A model generated the notes under the pieces. That model had not been told where the DNA came from. It ran no database searches and was given only the letters and a program-made list of their open reading frames with translations. A stretch of 63,186 nt of DNA, the filler included, from Bigelowiella natans CCMP2755 (lineage: Eukaryota > Protista > Cercozoa), in the NCBI GenBank assembly GCA_000320545.1. It is 8 parts of 8 records of this genome, joined end to end, with 100 filler letters (N's around TTAATTAATTAA, not from the genome) between each part and the next. Parts side by side here need not be neighbours in the genome. Positions count along the whole stretch, not along the records: positions 1 to 2,626 come from ADNK01002278.1; positions 2,727 to 8,533 come from ADNK01001650.1; positions 8,634 to 10,283 come from ADNK01002035.1; positions 10,384 to 17,239 come from ADNK01000912.1; 4 more parts are not named here. The stretch is one strand, 5' to 3'. The position numbers and the translations under genes were made by a program. Below are positions 1 to 12,893 of the stretch, piece by piece. Positions within the stretch are counted from its first letter, which is position 1. The number at the start of each line of letters is the position of its first letter.

Positions 1-194
1 AAATCACACCAGCCACAGGTATTGTAAAGATTGGCTCATAACTCTCACACACAGCCACACTATGCCTCTGTGGAATGAGGAGTTATAAATTTGTGTTGGT
101 GCGCCTATTTGTGTGTAAGTGTGGCTGTGGATGGCACATTATTAGAGAGAGTGAGAGAGAGAGAGAGATCACATGCTATCTAAAAGATACAAAA

Positions 195-238
<44 letters not shown>

Positions 239-617
239 TTGCAGCCAGATGCAATACCTGCTGAGATAAAACTTACAGAATCATAATATTACGTCGGGCT
301 TTCGTGTCTTTCAATTCGTTGTACGTACATAATTACTCATTTGATCCTCCTCTAGAGCTCTTGAAAGATTACTTCCAAATTTCTCCTTGTAAATCGTTCA
401 AATTAATATTATAGACAAGTTGATCCGGGGGGGGGGGGTGGGGGGGGTGATTCTAAACTCTATTAAAAAAAAATTTGGTATTTGCGGCAAATATTTAAAA
501 CCGCCGCCGGGCGTCCCACCCTCGATCTCCATCGTTTCAGAGTGCTCCGCCCCGGTTTTTAATACGACGATTTTCAAGCCCATGTTCTTTTAACCAAACT
601 GCGTTTTTTTGTGTGTT

Positions 618-683
<66 letters not shown>

Positions 684-1269
684 CCAGTGAGGAGGGGGGG
701 GGAGGTTGTGATGCAAGGACAGCAGGGAAATCGAGTAAGTAGCACCAATCGTGTGGTTTTAAATACGTTCTCTTGCCCACGCTCGGCCTCCCCCCCCCCT
801 TTCATTTCCTTGCTTCTCCCATATACAGCAGCATATATTATTGATTATAACACACACACACACACACACAAACACATATATCATATTTGAATATATTTCG
901 AACAACAACATGCAAAACCTTCTTGATTTCTTGGTCATGCGCTTTCCAATCAATAGTGTTCGGGTCTTTATAGGCCCACTCTCTAAGGTAACAAGCAAAG
1001 CAGCAGCAGCAGCAGCAGCAGCACAGACAGAGAGAAGGAAGAGTCGAAGCATTCTAGCATTACAAAAACTATATTCAATACGCACGCAGAAGTCTTGTAT
1101 ACAAACGCTAAATGCACCCAGTTTTCAGACAGGGCTCACTGACAACTACATATATCTAGATACATTAACAGAGGGATTATTATCTCTATTGTTATCCCCT
1201 TTGGGTTGCGTCAGGCCTCGCACGAGTGCTATGATGATTTCACGTCTGTCGGCTACTGCTAGCGATCCA

Positions 1270-1473
1270 CACCGTTTGCCTCCATACTGCTTTGGCAGCG
1301 ACTCCGGAGGGATAAGCTAATAAATGAAGGCACAGAAACACGCATGCTACTAATCAAGCGTGTGCAACGATATAACGCACTCACACAACCCTCTACCCTC
1401 GTCGTAGCTTGTCAAACAGGTGGAAAAACCGCGAAATGCACAGCGTGCCCACGCAAGCTTGCGAACGAACACA

Positions 1474-1551
<78 letters not shown>

Positions 1552-1865
1552 CACACACACACACACACACACACATTCGGCTGCGAAACCAACCTTCTGA
1601 AGCATGGGCTCGAAGCCAGTCGTGAAGAGAAAGACCTTCCTTTTCACCCCCGCACTGATGAAGGGCCAGAACAGCGCCGTCGCCCACGAGAGCGACGCCG
1701 GCACGTTGATGAGGTGCGTGGACATCATCAGCCCTGTGTAGTACGTGGTGTCCATATGCGCACACCGTCTGAGGGGGGGGGGGGGGGGAACAGAGGAATT
1801 TTTGGTGATATGGGGACGAAGAAGAGGAAAGGGAAGGGGGGAGAGATTGCGCTGAGCTCGACTAC

Positions 1866-1945
<80 letters not shown>

Positions 1946-2236
1946 CACGCTGCTGCACTAACCACTGCCTAATCTTTCAAACCACATGATACACACTGCT
2001 AACTACTACTACTGCCACCACCACTACTGCTACTACTACTACTACTACTACTACTACTGTTTATTACTTTGCAAATCCTAGGAAGTCTCGTATTGCAAAG
2101 ATGCTTATATTCTGGAAGTCGATCACCACCCTGTTGTAGCAGCAGCAGCAGAAGAAGCGATTAACTGAGCGCTATACAGGACGGGCACAATACCATGCTT
2201 TCCCACAACCATATACAACATACATATATAAAAATA

Positions 2237-2273
<37 letters not shown>

Positions 2274-2480
2274 ATACACGCGCATTAAACCTAAATCCGC
2301 GATTTGCCACTGCAATTAGAAAGAAGCCGCAATACGTCTCCCACACTATTATTACTACTAATGCCAGTAGATGTAGCACCTCATCTTGTCAATCCACCGC
2401 CCCGTTCTCTTCGTCTGCATTCTACACATGAGCTCCATCATGTCTAAACAGTACGCGTGGCACATGGCAACCTCTTGCGC
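1270..2480 (-). CDS. CRAL-TRIO/Sec14-family lipid-binding protein, partial, multi-exon; further exons probably continue toward position 1 (possible GOLD domain)
   Basis: GT-AG exons 2480-2380, 2130-2068, 1768-1594 and one starting at 1316 join in frame. They read ...IDKMR-VVIDFQNISIF...FAK-RCAHMDTTYYTGLMMSTHLINVPASLSWATALFWPFISAGVKRKVFLF...-LIPPESLPKQYGG, matching the Sec14 consensus (ID, INxP, PF, LPxxYGG). Confidence 0.85.
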
Positions 2481-2626
2481 CTGAGAGCAAGGGGGGGGGG
2501 GGGGGGGGGGGAGAGAGCTTTTTTTTTTCTCAAAAAAAAAAGGAAATCTCGGCAACAACAAGGAAGGAGGGGGTTTTTCTCACCCTCCCCCCCCCACAAA
2601 CATTGGGGAGGGGTTAAACCCCCCCC

Positions 2627-2726
2627 NNNNNNNNNNNNNNNNNNNNNNNNNNNNNNNNNNNNNNNNNNNNTTAATTAATTAANNNNNNNNNNNNNNNNNN
2701 NNNNNNNNNNNNNNNNNNNNNNNNNN
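2627..2726. other. artificial contig spacer N44-TTAATTAATTAA-N44
   Basis: Exactly 100 bp, with an all-frame stop linker; identical at 7 sites. Confidence 0.99.
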
Positions 2727-2859
2727 CGTCACCATCATCATCATAATCATCATCATCATCATCATCACCATCACCATCACCATCACCATCATCACCATCA
2801 TCATCGGCGCAAAAGGAGAGACGCGAGAGACGACTGACGCAAAACACGCGTGTTGCTAC

Positions 2860-4038
2860 CAGGGTGTAGTCGTAGTCGAAGCCCACAACATCAATCTTGC
2901 CTAGATCGACGTTGGCATTGGAGAATATCTTACTCTCAAGCCCCCTCTCCTTGCCATCTTCAGACGACTGGAACTTTCCCCGTGATGACGGGGGTTTCAG
3001 CGGAGGCTCTACCTTCTTCGCATAAACCGCTGTAATGGCTTCCTGCGAGGGAGGGGAAAGTAATGAGTACGCAATGCATTAGGGTGGGGATCGGTTCAGG
3101 TTGGGCGCTAGATCATGCCCTTTCTTCCTCCTCCTCCTCCTCCTCCTCCTCTTCGTCGTCTTCTGCTCTCCGTTTTGAAAATCAAGACGGCCCTCTTAAG
3201 ACACTAGTGCATGTTGGGGTGGGGGGGGGGAATGCAACGCAGACGGCGGCAGCAAACCTGGCATCTCTCGAGAATTCTATTGACTTTGTCATTCGTTGGG
3301 TGCTTCGGTAGGCGAGGAGGAACTAAGAGCTCTCCGGGGTCCACTGCCCTGCCCTGCGTATGAGAAGATGCGAATATATGAGCATACCGGGAATAACGCG
3401 GTAATCATTACTTCGCACAAAGGGCTATTTAGATGAGGCCACGCTCACCTCCTTGGCGATGGTGCCTTCGTCGCCGTTTTGCTGGTTGGGCTGCGGTCGC
3501 TCTTGTCTTCCGCTCCCTCGCTTGCGGCCCCTCGCCTCCGGAGACATCGAAGACTGCACATTTGCCATCGTTTCAGTCGGAGGGAAAACCATAGCTTGTG
3601 TGAACGGATACGTTCCAACAGAAAATCGGAAGGCCTTACTATGGGAGAGTCAGGGTCGGGTGACGACGAAATCGACGAGGATAAAGGAATCATGCGTCTG
3701 TGTGAGCCCTCCCTGAGACTGGGTGTAAAGGACAGTGAAGACGTCTTGGGTCGGAGAACGTTGTCATCCTGAATAAATCCGCGCTTAATCACGCTCTGCG
3801 TCCTCGGTGCCGTTCTCCATCGAGAGAGGAGCTTGCTCTTGTCTACTGCTGGCCCTCCTCCCTGCTTACGAAAATATGCACACGCAGACACTTGTGTTTC
3901 CAAAGGGAACTCACGAGGCTAGATTTTCTGAAAGCGGAAATTTTGACTCACCAGAATAAACAGGAAGCAAAGGGATGCGGCAATCAGCGGCAGAAATAGG
4001 CGGCCCTGGGGACAGCGCGACTCCCCACCGGCCGCCAT
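2860..4038 (-). CDS. HAD-superfamily 5'-nucleotidase (NT5DC/cN-II-like), 5' part, with a hydrophobic N-terminal leader; truncated by the contig end
   Basis: The exon ending at 2860 encodes KIFSNANVDLGKIDVVGFDYDYTL (HAD motif I, DxDxT, of the NT5DC family). ATG 4038 gives MAAGGESRCPQGRLFLPLIAASLCFLFIL followed by a GTGAGT donor. Linkage of the intermediate exons is inferred. Confidence 0.8.
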
Positions 4039-4568
4039 TGAAGCTGAGGTTGGGTTGCTGTCCGAACCCTAGCCGAAGAATATTTCACCATAAAGGAAAA
4101 TAATTGCAATATTAGTCCAAAATTATAGGTGATTTTCCAAATGCGCCATCGAATTATTGCCCTATTCATTCCTTATTGAAACATTATACGTCTCCTGACA
4201 AGTCCTTAGAGCTTTCATCACGCTAGCGTTCTCTTCGTTATATCCCGGTCAAATTCTTTCCCAAAGTAAGAAAAGGCGAAACTAGGAATTTCATGGAAAA
4301 TCACGCGAAACAGGAAAATATTGCGATGTAGAGGCGAAAACGTCCTGGGTTAGCCGTACGAGAGATATCGGCCACAATTTCGATTCGCCGAGAAATTCTC
4401 TCTGAACACTTAATTTATCGGGATAATGTTTTTTGGGGACAAAAAGGGCCCATATGTACCGGAGAAAATTTATTGATCATGGAATTAGCTGTTGTCGTAG
4501 ACGATATTTTCCTCGAATTTATTAATGATATATTCTAGAAAACTTGAAACTTAGAACTGAAAACCACT

Positions 4569-6009
4569 ATGATGGCTGGTCGTCGACTCTGGGGTGTGCG
4601 AAGGCTCTTCTCCACCTCCTCTCCCCTTTCCAGGCCTGCAAATGTCATTCCTAGAACCCTTTCCTCTATCCCAACTGTCCAAAAAAGTCAACATCAACGA
4701 AGTATCTCAACAGGAGCTGTTGTGAAGGCGGAGGCGAATGGTGAGACATGATTATTATTCGCTGTGTACACAATATGATGCTCGAGTCTATTACTTCTTG
4801 CTGCTTGCCGTAAGAATTGGCAGTAGGAGCTAACCATCCTATTGAGAGGCTGCATTGGATTTTGGTTCTGAATTCTTTGTTCACTTTAATTCTGAAACCC
4901 ATCATCATGACATCCATCAGCCCCTTCTGTTAGTCGCCTGGAAAACGGAGCAGGTCTTTCTTCTAATCCCACACCACCCTCAATAGGGCATATTTCTCTT
5001 CAATAATTTTCCTCCCACCTAAGATCGAGAACCGCATGCTAACTCCGTGTGTCCTTTTGTCCGCGACCAGAGTTCGTGGTTTCCAGTGCGGATGCTCTCT
5101 TCAACTGGGCTCGTCAGGGGTCTATGTGGCCGATGACGTTCGGCCTCGCCTGCTGTGCAGTCGAGATGATGCATTGCGGTGCCAGGTACGCGCTGCCTTG
5201 CTAGCACCCTCACTTCATCGGCTGAGATGGCTGTGTTGTTTCTTGAATCTGGTCCTTCCCTTGCTCAGCCGCTACGACTTTGACCGTTTCGGGATCATTT
5301 TCCGCCCCTCCCCCCGCCAGTCTGATGTAATGATCGTGGCAGGAACGCTTACTAACAAGGTGATGGAGAAACCAAAAATATTAATCTGTGTTGTGAGCGC
5401 GATATTGACGTCACTTTGAGGGAGTAGAGGGAGGGGGGAGGGGGGGGGGGGGTTCAGGGGAGAGGTGTAGAGATGGTGGTTCCTGGGAAAATTGGAGATA
5501 TTGCAACCAATGAAGGCCGCGCCAATTCGGCTGTCCTTTCTGGTTCGCATTGCAGCGCGCACCATATTTGAGTGTCGATTTCGTCTGTCTTGACAACCTT
5601 GGGCTTCTCCTCTGAAAGGGAGAGTACGTACGAGAGTGGGGGGTGGGTGGTAAGGAATCGGCGAGGACAGTACCCCCTCCCCGTGGAAAGTTGTATTTTT
5701 ACCGTACCGTTCCAAGCATGCCTTTCACTTACTTTTCCATTTGCAAATGGTTAGATGGCTCCTGCTCTTCGCAAGGTCTACGATCAGATGGCTGAGCCTC
5801 GTTGGGTTGTGTCCATGGGATCCTGCGCCAATGGCGGGGGCTATTACCACTACTCGTACGCTGTTGTGCGGGGCTGCGATCGAATCGTCCCGGTTGACAT
5901 CTACGTGCCGGGTTGTCCTCCTACAGCTGAGGCGCTTTTGTACGGAATGCTTCAGCTCCAGAAGAAGATCGGCCGCAGTAGCGTCGCTCTTGATTGGTGG
6001 AAGAAGTAA
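4569..6009 (+). CDS. NDUFS7: NADH:ubiquinone oxidoreductase PSST subunit (complex I, NuoB homologue) with a mitochondrial presequence; 5 exons
   Basis: Exons 4569-4740, 4921-4953, 5071-5185, 5269-5359 and 5755-6009 join in frame: [100 protein letters not shown]. Ends at a TAA stop. Confidence 0.98.
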
Positions 6010-6589
6010 AAAGCGGTCTCTGTGGAGTATCTAGTTTGAGCTGGAAGAGATATTCGGTGTAGAAAAGCGCCGAAGTCATGAGCTCGCTAGTGGCTGCAAG
6101 AGGACCAAGAAACGATTTAAATTACCTTTCTAACAGTTGTGGTGATCAAGCTTTACTATGAGTGCAACTATGCAACTATGCCATCATCGCAGCGCTGTAC
6201 TATGCATGGCGCCGACTGCGTGCAGCGCCGCAAGTCTAGCTAGAAGTGCGTACAGCTGCACGCACGCGCCGCACACGCATGTTAATTACGAGACGGGTGT
6301 AATGCATGAATTAAACTTGTTCAATGACCAGCCTGATATATAGTTGTAGCTGTACGAATACGCTACGTACATTACGTCTAGCTGCTTGTTTGTGACACAC
6401 CTAGACACGCTTCTCACGACATATAACAATGCATGCTAGTAGCATGTACAATTCCTCGTGGATGTCTACTAGTTATTTGCGCATGCGACGACACGGCGTC
6501 TTTCTTTGCACAGCATTACATATTCGTCAAACTTTATTATTCTTCACTGGTCTTCATTTACACAATAATAGCGAGCATTAAGCATCGCA

Positions 6590-6871
6590 CTAGCCCGCCT
6601 TAAGCTCGATCTCGGCAGCGTCGCGGAACTGCTGGACTTTCTCGATCATGCGTGTGTTTGATTCGTCGCCTTCTTGGGCGTCGTCACGAGCCCACAGTCG
6701 GGATGTCTCCATTCGCTTATGAAGAAGGCACGCGCTCCTATACCTGAAACACATCAGAAACGCTGGGGTGTTTTCTGCCCAAGAAAGCATAATAAGACCT
6801 TTGGTGCCACCCCTCTCAACCGCTCCCTTTTTCTTCTCCCCCCCCCCAACCCCCCATATGTGTGTGTGTGT

Positions 6872-6914
<43 letters not shown>

Positions 6915-7944
6915 ATCAGCGATCTTACGCGGCGTCCATTCCGTGGAACCGGAGGACCAGGTAGAGCATCTTCGCTGCAACCTCCAAGTTCCCTTCCTGC
7001 ACAAACTCCCAGAACATTGCGACCGGCGCCATTTCCGCCGCGCGACAGAACTCTCGCCATCTCCGCGGGCTATGCACCTTGCGCATGCATGCCACGACGG
7101 CCTCGCGCCCGCGCGGTGCCGCCATGAGCACTCGGGCCGCAGTGGTCAGCGGCGCCGTTCTGGGAGACGAGATCTCCTGGTAGAGGTATAGCTCAAGGCC
7201 TGACAGGTAGGCGCCGGGTAGCATTCGAGACTCAAGGTGGGAGAGAACACGCGCCGGAATCCCCGGTGACTTGGCTGCTGCAGCAGCAGCAGCAGCACTA
7301 TCTTCATCGCTATCAAAGCCATGGCCTCCACCAGCTGTGGCGAGCTTCCGTATAATCTCAGGTAAGATTGTGCGCTCGCTGCGCGAAGGCCTCGGAACGA
7401 GGCGCAGGTGATGGCTGCTAGCCGTGCTCGGGCGATTTGTTATTGCCCCCTCTTTAACCCCCCCCCCCTTTCCCTCACCAACCCCGCCCCCAAGAAGGTA
7501 TACGAGAGAGGCTGTTACGGGATCAATGCCGGCGAGAAATCCTTTCGTGGATGCGTGCTGATTGTTGATGCTGCGGCTGGTATGATCCTTATCCCCGTCG
7601 CCATCGCCCCGCCCACGAGTCTCAAGAACCTCAGCATCATTACTTTTCCTTGGTAGGAGGAGGAGCTTCCCGCCGGTAGTAATGAGCGCGTGTGCGAGTG
7701 CTGGGGTGTATACATCCTCGTCGGTTTCATCGCCACACACTACTCTCCAGAGCTGTGATGAAAGCAGGCCAGGGAGAACCCTTGGCTCGTAGCTGCGGGG
7801 GCGGCGGCGACGGGGGAGCACAGGCTGATGGTTTTGCGGACGATATGGCAAGAGGGCAAAGATCATCAGACACCTCTTCGATGACACCAAGCAGCACACA
7901 CACACACACACACGCACACACACACACACACACACACACGCACG

Positions 7945-7991
<47 letters not shown>

Positions 7992-8480
7992 CCGCACTTA
8001 TAAACATACGTCGAGTTATCCGCAGTCATACGATTCACCATCCAAACACAAAGCTCGTCTTCTCTAGTGTGCGTTGCGGTTCTCCCCTCTCACCTGCCCC
8101 TTTTCTTTGCCGCGCTCCCGCCGTTCCCTGCCCCCCCCCTCCCTCGCGCGCCCATCCTCCACAGCCGTCTCTTTCCCCCTCCTCTGCTTTTCTTCTGCTG
8201 CTCTCTTGCCTTCATTGCGAATGATGTCGCGCACATTGTCTTGGTATATGTTCAGAATTCTCTCGCCGATTTTCAACCGCAGGATCTTCCAAGCTTCCCC
8301 AACGGTGATTGCCCTTGGGTTTCGCCTCCCCTCCCCCACCCCCCTCCTTCCTACGCTCTCTGTGATATCCCTCTCCTCAATCAAATCGCGGAGAACCGAC
8401 GAGCAATGCTCCTCGAAAGCGGTGTGGGCGGTGCGAATAACGGTGCCTTGTTGGAAGGGGGGGGGTGGGGGGGTTAGGGG
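6590..8480 (-). CDS. RIC1-like (Rab6 GEF subunit) C-terminal part, multi-exon, 5' truncated
   Basis: EAVVACMRKVHSPRRWREFCRAAEMAPVAMFWEFVQEGNLEVAAKMLYLV resembles the RIC1 domain pattern VVxCARK..W..LF...G.P..LFEECL..G.L.TAA.YL. GT-AG boundaries are present, with a TAG stop at 6590. Confidence 0.55.
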
Positions 8481-8533
8481 GGGGTAGGAAGGGCAATGGA
8501 GATAGATTAGAGAGGAATGTAGCCAATCTCTGA

Positions 8534-8633
8534 NNNNNNNNNNNNNNNNNNNNNNNNNNNNNNNNNNNNNNNNNNNNTTAATTAATTAANNNNNNNNNNN
8601 NNNNNNNNNNNNNNNNNNNNNNNNNNNNNNNNN
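8534..8633. other. artificial contig spacer
   Basis: N44-TTAATTAATTAA-N44. Confidence 0.99.
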
Positions 8634-10105
8634 CCCCCCCCCCCCTTTCCCCACACCCGAAAGCCACAACAACGGAGGCACATTTCTGCTGGTGATGGGA
8701 GAGGTGTGGCTGTCGAAGAGTTCCACAGATCCAGGGATACCATACTACAGGCCGAATAAGTAACGACACGCTTACAAGCGATAAATGATATTGTCCGCAT
8801 GTTCTTTGCGAGGAGGGGGGGAGCTCCGTTAGTCTCTTGCCTGTCACAAAACCTCCTCCCCCCCCGCCGAGCATGCACGCCGATAAGGGCTGCGCACACG
8901 TTAGCCATTTGCGGCGAGCACGTGCTGCCTTTCATTCACTCACTGCTGTTGTTATTGTTGTTGTTGTTGGTGGTGGTGTTTCTGATGTTATCTGCGTCGT
9001 CGTCGTCGTGGTCTTTGCCTGTTCTCTCCCTAGGTACGTAATGCATTCGCTAGAGCGCGTGTTCGTGCATCTCCTCAACTCACCCATCCTCACCATCCGC
9101 CAAGGCCAGGGAGGTGAGCAACCTCGCTCTTTCCTCGTCACATTGCGTAGCGTTTGCTCCGTCGCTGCGCTGCTTTTTTCCCTGGAACGCACTGTTGTTC
9201 TGTTGTTGTTGTTGTTGTTCTGTTGTTTGTTGTTGTTGTCTGGGAGCGGACAGCTTTTTTTCAGTCAGCTCTTCGTGCGGATAGGAGGAGTATCTATTTC
9301 TAACATTTTTTTCAATCGTCAGCAGCAGCAACATCATCATCTTTATTCGCACGTTAGTGTTCATCTATCGAATCCAAACGTCCTCCTCCTCCTCCTCCTT
9401 CTTCTTCCTCCCCCTCCTCACGCCCGTGCTCCTCTGCCCCTCTTCCCCATCCCCTCCACCATCACCACAGGCACATCAAAGGAGTTGGATTTCATTAAAC
9501 CAAAGCTTTTCAACTTCCTGGCCTGCGCCATGGAACGGTAGTAGCAGTAGTAGGAGGAGGAGGAGGAGTAGTAGTAGTAGTAGTAGAGGTTGCGAACTCG
9601 AGGAAGAAACGCCAACGAATCTAAAGAAATGCCCTTGGAAAACCTGCTGCAACCAACAACCGAACAAGAAGACAAAGAAAAGGGGGGGGGGGGAGGCGCG
9701 CGCGCGCGCGCGCACACACGTCCTTTTTGTGCCTTAACCTGTATAATGACGGCGACAACAACAATGATATCAATAAACAGATGGCGGCCTGGAACACGAT
9801 TCCTCGAGGTCATCTCCATATGGCTCATAATTCTTCAGCCGTGGAAAAGGTGGGTGGGTTGGGGGGGGGGGGTTAGTGTGCGTTCCTGATCGGCATTGTG
9901 AGTTGAATGCTCGCTACTACTACCGCTGCTGCTACTAGACTTACAACAACTACTACAACAATCACGACTAATACTACTACTACTAATAATACTACTACTA
10001 TTAGGAAGCTGTTTCGCTCTATCCTAATACAACGACAAAAGCGCCTTAATCACGGAGGTTGGGCAGTAGTAGTCACACCCAGTGAATCACTTGCATTTCG
10101 CAATT

Positions 10106-10149
<44 letters not shown>

Positions 10150-10158
10150 TGTGTGTGT

Positions 10159-10193
<35 letters not shown>

Positions 10194-10228
10194 TTTAAAC
10201 TGTGCCGATGTAGTGAAACGTATGCACA

Positions 10229-10265
<37 letters not shown>

Positions 10266-10283
10266 TATATTTTAGTAAATATC

Positions 10284-10383
10284 NNNNNNNNNNNNNNNNN
10301 NNNNNNNNNNNNNNNNNNNNNNNNNNNTTAATTAATTAANNNNNNNNNNNNNNNNNNNNNNNNNNNNNNNNNNNNNNNNNNNN
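10284..10383. other. artificial contig spacer
   Basis: N44-TTAATTAATTAA-N44. Confidence 0.99.
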
Positions 10384-10453
10384 ATAGATATATATATATA
10401 TATATATATATATTTAGAGGAGAAGGAGGATATAGTAATAACTAAATAAATAG

Positions 10454-10488
<35 letters not shown>

Positions 10489-10493
<5 letters not shown>

Positions 10494-11542
10494 ACATTTT
10501 ATCATCCACCTTATCAAGCTCGTGCTTGTTACCAAAATTCGAAACGGCCTTCTGACGCTCGGCAGCCATCTTTTCCTGCAAGACGTGATCGATGTTCGCG
10601 GTGGGGTTTTTATCGTGATTAATGGTGATGATGATGATGGTGATGGTGATGGTGATGGTGATGATGTTCATACACTAAGCACGAACTTGTGTTAGACATC
10701 TCTTTACTTTGCATTTCGCTACTGCTAACGTGTAGTGGATATCATGATCATCAGTAAGGTATTTGCTGCTTACGAGATCTGACACGGTATAGACGCGTTT
10801 CCGCCCCATCTTGTATTCCGCCATTGACGGTTCTTCGATGCGCGCATCTGTGCGATGGAGTTCTGCAGCCGCCGGGATTTGTCAAAATCCGTCATCTGAC
10901 AATTTATTTGAGGTCAAGGACGGGATAGAGCTACTGTCATCTTCTTCTCGCAGCGAAAATGGCGCAGGGCGACTCATCAGTGCCAGGATCATCATCATCA
11001 ACAGGCTAATAGTCATCACAATCATCATCACATTTTATTTTCCCTTCCTCCTCCTCCTCCTCCGCTCCATCATCACCATCATCATCATCGTCGTCGTCAT
11101 CACCATCATCATCATCATCATCATCATCGTCATCCTTATCGTCATCATCATCATCATCATCATCATCATCGTCATCATCATTATCGTCATCGTAGCCCTC
11201 CTCCATTGATTGACCTTTCCCTTACGAATCCTCCCTCCCCCGTTGGGTGGATGTTCCGGAGGGGTACCGCTCAGACTGTGAATGTGTGTGTGTGTATGTG
11301 TGTGTGTGCGTGTGTGTGTGTGTGTGTGTGATATTGCACATGATAGCACTCGCAGACATTGACAGTAGAAAGTGACTTATCGCCTCCCCTCCATTGAAGC
11401 CACGACAACTACTACTACTACTACTACTACTACTACCACTACTATAATTGGCTATATACTAGTGTTACCGTTTCTGAACAAGATCAGCCATTTGGCTCTT
11501 TGTTAGACGCGGTTTTCGAAAGGAGGCCTCTGTCTCTATATG

Positions 11543-11587
<45 letters not shown>

Positions 11588-11785
11588 CGTTATTTATGCT
11601 TAGAAGTAGAAGTGGGCGTAGGAAGATACAAAGAGACCCCACAAACGACTGAAAATAGACACCATCATCGTCATTGTTGTCGTCATCATCGTCATCATCA
11701 TCACCATCACCACCACCACCATCATCGCTGCGTTCTTGCACTCTGTACTCGGCCTCCTCACCACCACAGGCAAGCCCAAACTAGC

Positions 11786-11843
<58 letters not shown>

Positions 11844-12631
11844 CCTGCTTTACGTTTTTGAGTTCGAAGCTTCTCACGGAGGGACTTGGACACCTTGACA
11901 GATTTCTTACTCCGTGAGTAAATACCCTCCCCGGGCTGTTGCGAGGACAAGCCAAGCGGACGATGGGGCGATCGAGGAGAGGGGGGGGAGAGGATAGGGA
12001 GGAGGAACATATAAGATGGTATTAAAGAGGAAGAGAAGGGAGGAACGGCCAATATGTCTCTGAGCGAAACATGGAAATCCATTAATTCAGACTCAATACC
12101 TTTACTGCTGTGCCACCGCTGCTGCTGCTACTACTGCCGCTGGTGGTGGGTGTATTGCTACGTTCCGCTCCATTGGGGGGGGAATGGGAGGACGATGCTG
12201 TCTGACTAACGCTGGCCGCTTTAAACAGATCAACCGCGTACTTGAGCACTTTTAGATTTAGACTATCGTCGGGGAGGAAGAGGTACTGCTTTCCTGTGGG
12301 GAAAAGAAGCCAACGAAGGATGTATGTCAGTTTTTCCTACTCTCTCATAGATATGAAAATAGGACAGTGGGAAGAACTCGTAGCAACAACTTTTTGCTTG
12401 GGAGGAGGAGGAGGAGGAGGAGGAGGAGAGGTAGGGCAGACGGGGGAGAAACATCCTTTTCCTATCATCATCATCATTCCTATTATTGCGTCGTTTGCAT
12501 GATGATATCAGCATGCCTTGGTCTGCGGATATAAGGTTGAAACCGATGGAGGAGCACAGCTCGAGGGAACCCTCCAGGAAAGACAGCTTTCTCGACACCT
12601 TTGGGACGAATATTAATGGTGAGATCAGTGT

Positions 12632-12697
<66 letters not shown>

Positions 12698-12852
12698 GCG
12701 GTAAAAATCAGTATCATCGTTCTGAATAATAATACCTTCTCGCTCAAAGGCACGCGTCTAAACTTTGGGTTAGTAGGGGACTTCGCGATGTTCTCCGCTA
12801 ATCGCGCCAAAAGTTTCCACGCTAGATTCGCGGAGGGAATGACAGTAACAAA

Positions 12853-12893
<41 letters not shown>

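Noticed and set aside
8634-10283. Possible minus-strand exons in contig 3
   Set aside because: No recognisable motif was found and the frame could not be fixed.
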